Below are positions 60,142 to 64,000 of a stretch of DNA of 64,000 nucleotides, one piece after another. Position 1 is the stretch's first letter. The number at the start of each line of letters is the position of its first letter. The DNA comes from a virus. The notes beneath the pieces were generated by a model. The model did no database searches, was not told where the DNA came from, and saw nothing but the letters and a program-made list of their open reading frames with translations. Both the position numbers and the translations under genes were made by a program. The stretch lies in the IMG/VR virus record IMGVR_UViG_3300042890_005556; one strand, given 5' to 3'.

Positions 60142-60903
60142 ATGGCTCAGTATTGCGACACGAAGAAACTCGAAAAGGTCTGGTTTAACTGGCTTCTATC
60201 CAAATCAGCACCCACGCTGGAGCCATACAGGAAAGCGGGTGTGTTGTGGACTAAAGCCATAGGTCTCGTCGATGTGAAGGGTGAGGTGATTGTCAAAGGT
60301 GGTAAGACCTTTAAAAGTCCTACACATCCTATCAGATCGCACTGTATCTTGTCAAGATATCCGTTCTTCTTTACCACTTTTAATGGTAAGCCACAAGAAC
60401 TTGCGTCCCAAATACATTATAACGAAGATGGTGATTATACGACAACCCCCATTGCACTTTCAGAGATAGAAATAGTAAAAACCAAGCCGGAAATAAAAGA
60501 CATAGAACAAATACTACTAAAAGATGGCTACATCCTAGATGCAGAAACAGGAAAAAGCTGGGAGTCCATGTTAATAGACATCAATAAAATGTGCCTCGGA
60601 ATAGCATCTAAATTCCATCAAAAAACAGCAGAAGAATTGAATGATTTAGCTAACGAAGCATTATTGCAAGTAGCTAACAAATTATCTACGGATAGGCTGG
60701 TATATACTCCCGGAAGGGCACCAGTATTCAATTTATTAACCACCACTATACATCGATGCATGTTTTCAATTATGAATAAAAGGAAAAATCAAAGAGAAGG
60801 GCTTAACAGATTACTGCAGGACGCACAATCTGGGTCATTACCTCAAACTAACAGAAGCCTGAGACTCCAAACATTCACGACGAGAAAACATGAAAATCGT
60901 TAG
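60142..60903 (+). CDS. Late sigma factor, T4 gp55-like
   Basis: MAQYCDTKKL...MCLGIASKF...DLANEALL...PVFNLLTTTIHRCMFSIMNKRK; GGAG RBS. Confidence 0.55.
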   Translation: MAQYCDTKKLEKVWFNWLLSKSAPTLEPYRKAGVLWTKAIGLVDVKGEVIVKGGKTFKSPTHPIRSHCILSRYPFFFTTFNGKPQELASQIHYNEDGDYTTTPIALSEIEIVKTKPEIKDIEQILLKDGYILDAETGKSWESMLIDINKMCLGIASKFHQKTAEELNDLANEALLQVANKLSTDRLVYTPGRAPVFNLLTTTIHRCMFSIMNKRKNQREGLNRLLQDAQSGSLPQTNRSLRLQTFTTRKHENR

Positions 60904-61831
60904 TAACAAACACATTGTGCCAGCAGTAACAAAAAAACCAATAGACAATATTAAAATAGTTGTTAGTCCCCATAATAAAACTATAAGCACACTAAATGCT
61001 TATAATCAATCAGCCCATATGAAAGTAATCCCAGCACAAATAGCACCGCAGATCAAAAACAAAGCAGTCATTGATAAAAGCCTAGTAAAAAGAACTCAAA
61101 ACCCAAATAAACCAAAACCACCAGCATCGGTAACTTACGCTTCCGGCGAAGCACCAATCGAAAGCATACCAAAAATATACGGTATAAAAGACATAGGTAA
61201 AGGTAAGACATTAGTAGTCATAGCAAACGGCCCAAGTATAAACGAAGTTGAATTGGAGAGGCTAAAAGACAAGCCAGGCATCGACACTCTATCAATAAAC
61301 AGACCGGACCCACGGGTCTGGCCAACCACATATTGGTCATTTTACGACCAATCACAGCTTGTGCGACACGAAGACCTGTATAATTATTATGAAGGCATAA
61401 CCTTTCTAAGCACAGCCATCAAGAGAGACAAGGCCAGAAGCATAAAGTTTAAAAATTTTGGCAAAAAGCAATTTAGCAGAGACTTAACAAAGGGATTATG
61501 TATAGGACGCACAAGCTGCTATGCTGCTATGCAACTTGCTTTATGGATGGATTACGATAAGATATTCTTTTTTGGGGTTGATATGCACCCAGATGGTATT
61601 GACGGCAAGCTCCATTTCTACGGGACAAATCCCGACGTAGACCCTGATATTAGGAAAAAACGATTTAACTCAGAAGCAGAATACTTCGAATTTGCCGCAG
61701 ATAACATGGAATACCAAGAGAGAAAGAGATTTCACTTTTGTTCGTCTTACCTGACATGGCCCTTTAAATCGCGTTTCAATTACTTAGATCACAAGACTGC
61801 TATAGACGTGATTTTAGGGTCAATGCTATGA
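60890..61831 (+). CDS. DUF115/MptE-like (sialyltransferase-like) protein
   Basis: VIANGPS..INR..TSCYAAMQLALWMDY..FFGVD..HFY. Confidence 0.7.
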   Translation: MKIVSNKHIVPAVTKKPIDNIKIVVSPHNKTISTLNAYNQSAHMKVIPAQIAPQIKNKAVIDKSLVKRTQNPNKPKPPASVTYASGEAPIESIPKIYGIKDIGKGKTLVVIANGPSINEVELERLKDKPGIDTLSINRPDPRVWPTTYWSFYDQSQLVRHEDLYNYYEGITFLSTAIKRDKARSIKFKNFGKKQFSRDLTKGLCIGRTSCYAAMQLALWMDYDKIFFFGVDMHPDGIDGKLHFYGTNPDVDPDIRKKRFNSEAEYFEFAADNMEYQERKRFHFCSSYLTWPFKSRFNYLDHKTAIDVILGSML

Positions 61832-61840
61832 TTCAACCTA

Positions 61841-62227
61841 ATGTATTATAAAACCATGAGATACTACATAGCATCTAGTTTAGACAATGTTGCCAATGTT
61901 CGTAACGCCATTATGAGGCTGACCGAAGCTGGGTTTAGTGTCACACATGATTGGACAAGACATGGCAGAATCACAGACCCATCACAGTATCAAGCCATTG
62001 GCGAAGCAGAGTACCAAGGCGTGATTGATGCAGATTTCATCGTGTTTTTTATGCCGACTAGGTATGGAAGCCATGTTGAATTCGGTATAGCACTAGCCTC
62101 TAACAAACCGATTTATATGGTCACAAACGGCGTGGAATTTGAAGAAAAAACATTCTATCATCTACCATCCGTACATAGATACAGCGATTTAAATGAACTA
62201 TTGCGCGAATGGGGAATAGACAAATGA
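61841..62227 (+). CDS. Nucleoside 2-deoxyribosyltransferase / deoxynucleotide N-hydrolase family protein
   Basis: YYIAS, GVIDADFIV, GSHVEFGIALASNKPI (catalytic Glu motif). Confidence 0.75.
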   Translation: MYYKTMRYYIASSLDNVANVRNAIMRLTEAGFSVTHDWTRHGRITDPSQYQAIGEAEYQGVIDADFIVFFMPTRYGSHVEFGIALASNKPIYMVTNGVEFEEKTFYHLPSVHRYSDLNELLREWGIDK

Positions 62228-62928
62228 GTGGAAGCGTATCAACTAAGCTCGAATTAGACGTAATGCAAGTCAATGAATTGCTTGAAGCAAGCGAGCTAAT
62301 GTCCCAACATACGCTACCAGCCATGGTCATACATTCTGGCTTGGCCCCAGACGCTTACGCAGCACGGATGAGAGTCAGAGGCAGGTACAAGATAATCATC
62401 CCTATTGATTGGCCAAAAGGCGAAAATTTTTCTAACTTGAAATTCAGGGGACTAAGCAAGCAAGCACTGGAAGCTGATGGGTTCGAGATAATGGTCACGC
62501 CAGGTAAGACCCTTCTAGATACAAAAAATGAGATCAACGTTCTGACTGAATTCATCAGAAACTTCCTGGGGGAATATGTGGAGGTTCGGTTTGTAATAGG
62601 CAATACTATTAAAACCGACGAGGAAATTGAAGTAATATGCAATGCCTTGTTAGGTATGAGAAACCCCACATTGTTGCGTAGCGATACTATCTTGAAAGTA
62701 CAGCAAAATGTCATCAGCGCAGAGTCGCATCTAGCCTTTGTTAATAAGCTACGCGGCTTTGGTCTTCCCACACCTATAAAGCTATCGGGGAACATGAACA
62801 ACCTGAAATCTATCGCTTCAGCGCCAGCAGTTTTCAGGTATGCTGTCAATGTAACACAAGCCAAGAATATTATTCGAGAGATCTTGCAGCAGCCCAGTGA
62901 ATTGAAGGAAATCCTGTCCGACGTTTGA
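62224..62928 (+). CDS. Deoxyribose-phosphate aldolase (DeoC)-like TIM barrel, divergent
   Basis: IPIDWPKG, ADGFEIMV, VRFVIG, LRSDT, PIKLSGN align by eye with DeoC VIGFPLG, ADEIDMV, LKVIIE, VKTST, VKASGG. Confidence 0.5.
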   Translation: MSGSVSTKLELDVMQVNELLEASELMSQHTLPAMVIHSGLAPDAYAARMRVRGRYKIIIPIDWPKGENFSNLKFRGLSKQALEADGFEIMVTPGKTLLDTKNEINVLTEFIRNFLGEYVEVRFVIGNTIKTDEEIEVICNALLGMRNPTLLRSDTILKVQQNVISAESHLAFVNKLRGFGLPTPIKLSGNMNNLKSIASAPAVFRYAVNVTQAKNIIREILQQPSELKEILSDV

Positions 62929-62938
62929 GAATGACAAT

Positions 62939-63328
62939 ATGATACACGATCATCTAATGGAAGCAATCAGGCAAGATGCCGACCTATTGACTAAATCCGA
63001 TGCGTGGCTCGAAGAAGAGAAGAATTACTTCACAGAGCAGATGCGCAAATCCATAGAAGAGCTAAAACCCATCCTCTTAGCTATAGCTATAAAACAAAAA
63101 TTGCAGCAGCAGAACATGGTGCCTAGGCAGAAGTTCATAAGAGGCAGCACAGGCCAGATAGAGAATGTTGTGATTGACTTCTGTAAGCTACCAGAAGCAC
63201 TGAGAGATATGCTCAATAACGGCAGAGATACCTTAGATCAGTTGATAGCAGCTGGCAATATTGCCACATGGCAGATAGACGGGTATGACGTTAATACCTG
63301 CCTCCAAACGGCACCGAAAGGGATATAA
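62939..63328 (+). CDS. Hypothetical protein
   Basis: 129 aa, TAATG overlap with the purZ-like gene. Confidence 0.6.
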   Translation: MIHDHLMEAIRQDADLLTKSDAWLEEEKNYFTEQMRKSIEELKPILLAIAIKQKLQQQNMVPRQKFIRGSTGQIENVVIDFCKLPEALRDMLNNGRDTLDQLIAAGNIATWQIDGYDVNTCLQTAPKGI

Positions 63329-64000
63329 TGCAAAACGGCAAGCTCAATATAGTCACAGACGGACAGCACGGTAGCACAGGCAAGGGTCTAATCAACGCAT
63401 ATCTAGCCGATAAACACCGACCAGAAATACTCAGCACGACCAATATGGCCAACGCTGGCCACACCGCAGTCAACGAAAACGGCGAACCGTTCATAGCAAA
63501 AGCATTACCGTCATCAGCGGTCCTAAACAAATGGCGAGAGGGCTATAAACCGACAGTATTCGTAGGAGCTTCATCTGCTTTTGATCTGCAACAGCTACTA
63601 AAAGAATGGGAAGAATGCGACAAGCCATTCACACTAATCCATCAAAGAGCGGGTGTCATTACACAAGAGCAAAAAGAAAGAGAATCCGGAGCATCAGGCA
63701 CAAAGCACGTTGCTAGCACCATGCAAGGATGTGGAGCATTTCTAGCAGATAAAGTCATGCGAAGAACAGATTTAAAACTCGCTAGAGATTATGAAGAGCT
63801 TCAACAATTCATGGCCATCAAAGAAGCACATACATGGCTAAAGGCACAGCTCGAAAGCTACGGTACAATTCTCCATGAAGGAAGCCAAGGATTCAGCTTG
63901 GATATAAGCCACGGTAGTCACTATCCAGAGTGTACAAGCCGCAGCACCACTGCTATTCAAAACCTTGCTGACCTTGGTCTTAACCACAAGCAAGTTGGTG
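63328..64000 (+). CDS. purZ: PurZ-type adenylosuccinate synthetase homolog (N6-succino-2-amino-dAMP synthase), truncated by the window end
   Basis: Manual translation: MQNGKLNIVTDGQHGSTGKGLINAYLA...NMANAGHT...ASTMQGCG...EGSQGFSLD...HYPECTSR; Ser in GSTGKG in place of the PurA Asp (GDEGKG). Confidence 0.75.
   Translation, partial: MQNGKLNIVTDGQHGSTGKGLINAYLADKHRPEILSTTNMANAGHTAVNENGEPFIAKALPSSAVLNKWREGYKPTVFVGASSAFDLQQLLKEWEECDKPFTLIHQRAGVITQEQKERESGASGTKHVASTMQGCGAFLADKVMRRTDLKLARDYEELQQFMAIKEAHTWLKAQLESYGTILHEGSQGFSLDISHGSHYPECTSRSTTAIQNLADLGLNHKQVG

Noticed and set aside
62355-62966. 203-aa minus-strand ORF (and the many other 60-125 aa antisense ORFs in the track)
   Set aside because: Antisense to well-supported coupled genes, no RBS or recognisable motifs
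1-64000. CRISPR arrays, tRNA and rRNA genes, transposases
   Set aside because: No regularly spaced repeats, cloverleaf motifs or transposase signatures seen by eye; a tRNAscan-SE/minCED run would be needed to exclude them formally

Overview
64 kb of a large (jumbo-type, T4-like gene repertoire) dsDNA bacteriophage genome in the standard genetic code, densely coding, mostly minus strand up to ~42 kb and mostly plus strand afterwards. It carries a replication/recombination block (Holliday-junction resolvase, 5'-3' exonuclease, gp32-like SSB, UvsY-like protein, a short degenerate family-A polymerase, GroES, DnaB-like helicase, RecA, DinG-like helicase, SbcD, SbcC, ATP-dependent ligase). Its family-C DnaE polymerase is broken into three genes: one break is bridged by a split intein flanking a free-standing endonuclease, and the other has no intein and falls inside the palm. 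There are also about ten glycosyltransferase-like genes including a GT41/HMW1C-like enzyme, two cadherin+RCC1 paralogs, an actin-fold ATPase and two divergent sigma-like factors. A ~630-780 nt ORF-free, heavily base-paired region looks like a large ornate ncRNA. At the right edge, missing from the ORF track because it is truncated, is a PurZ-type (GSTGKG) adenylosuccinate-synthetase homolog preceded by a deoxynucleotide N-glycosidase-like gene and a DeoC-like gene, suggesting a 2-aminoadenine (Z-base) or related pathway in a DnaE-using jumbo phage. A strong sawtooth A+C versus G+T strand skew, independent of gene orientation, runs through the window. All calls are from motif recognition by eye; no database searches were run.
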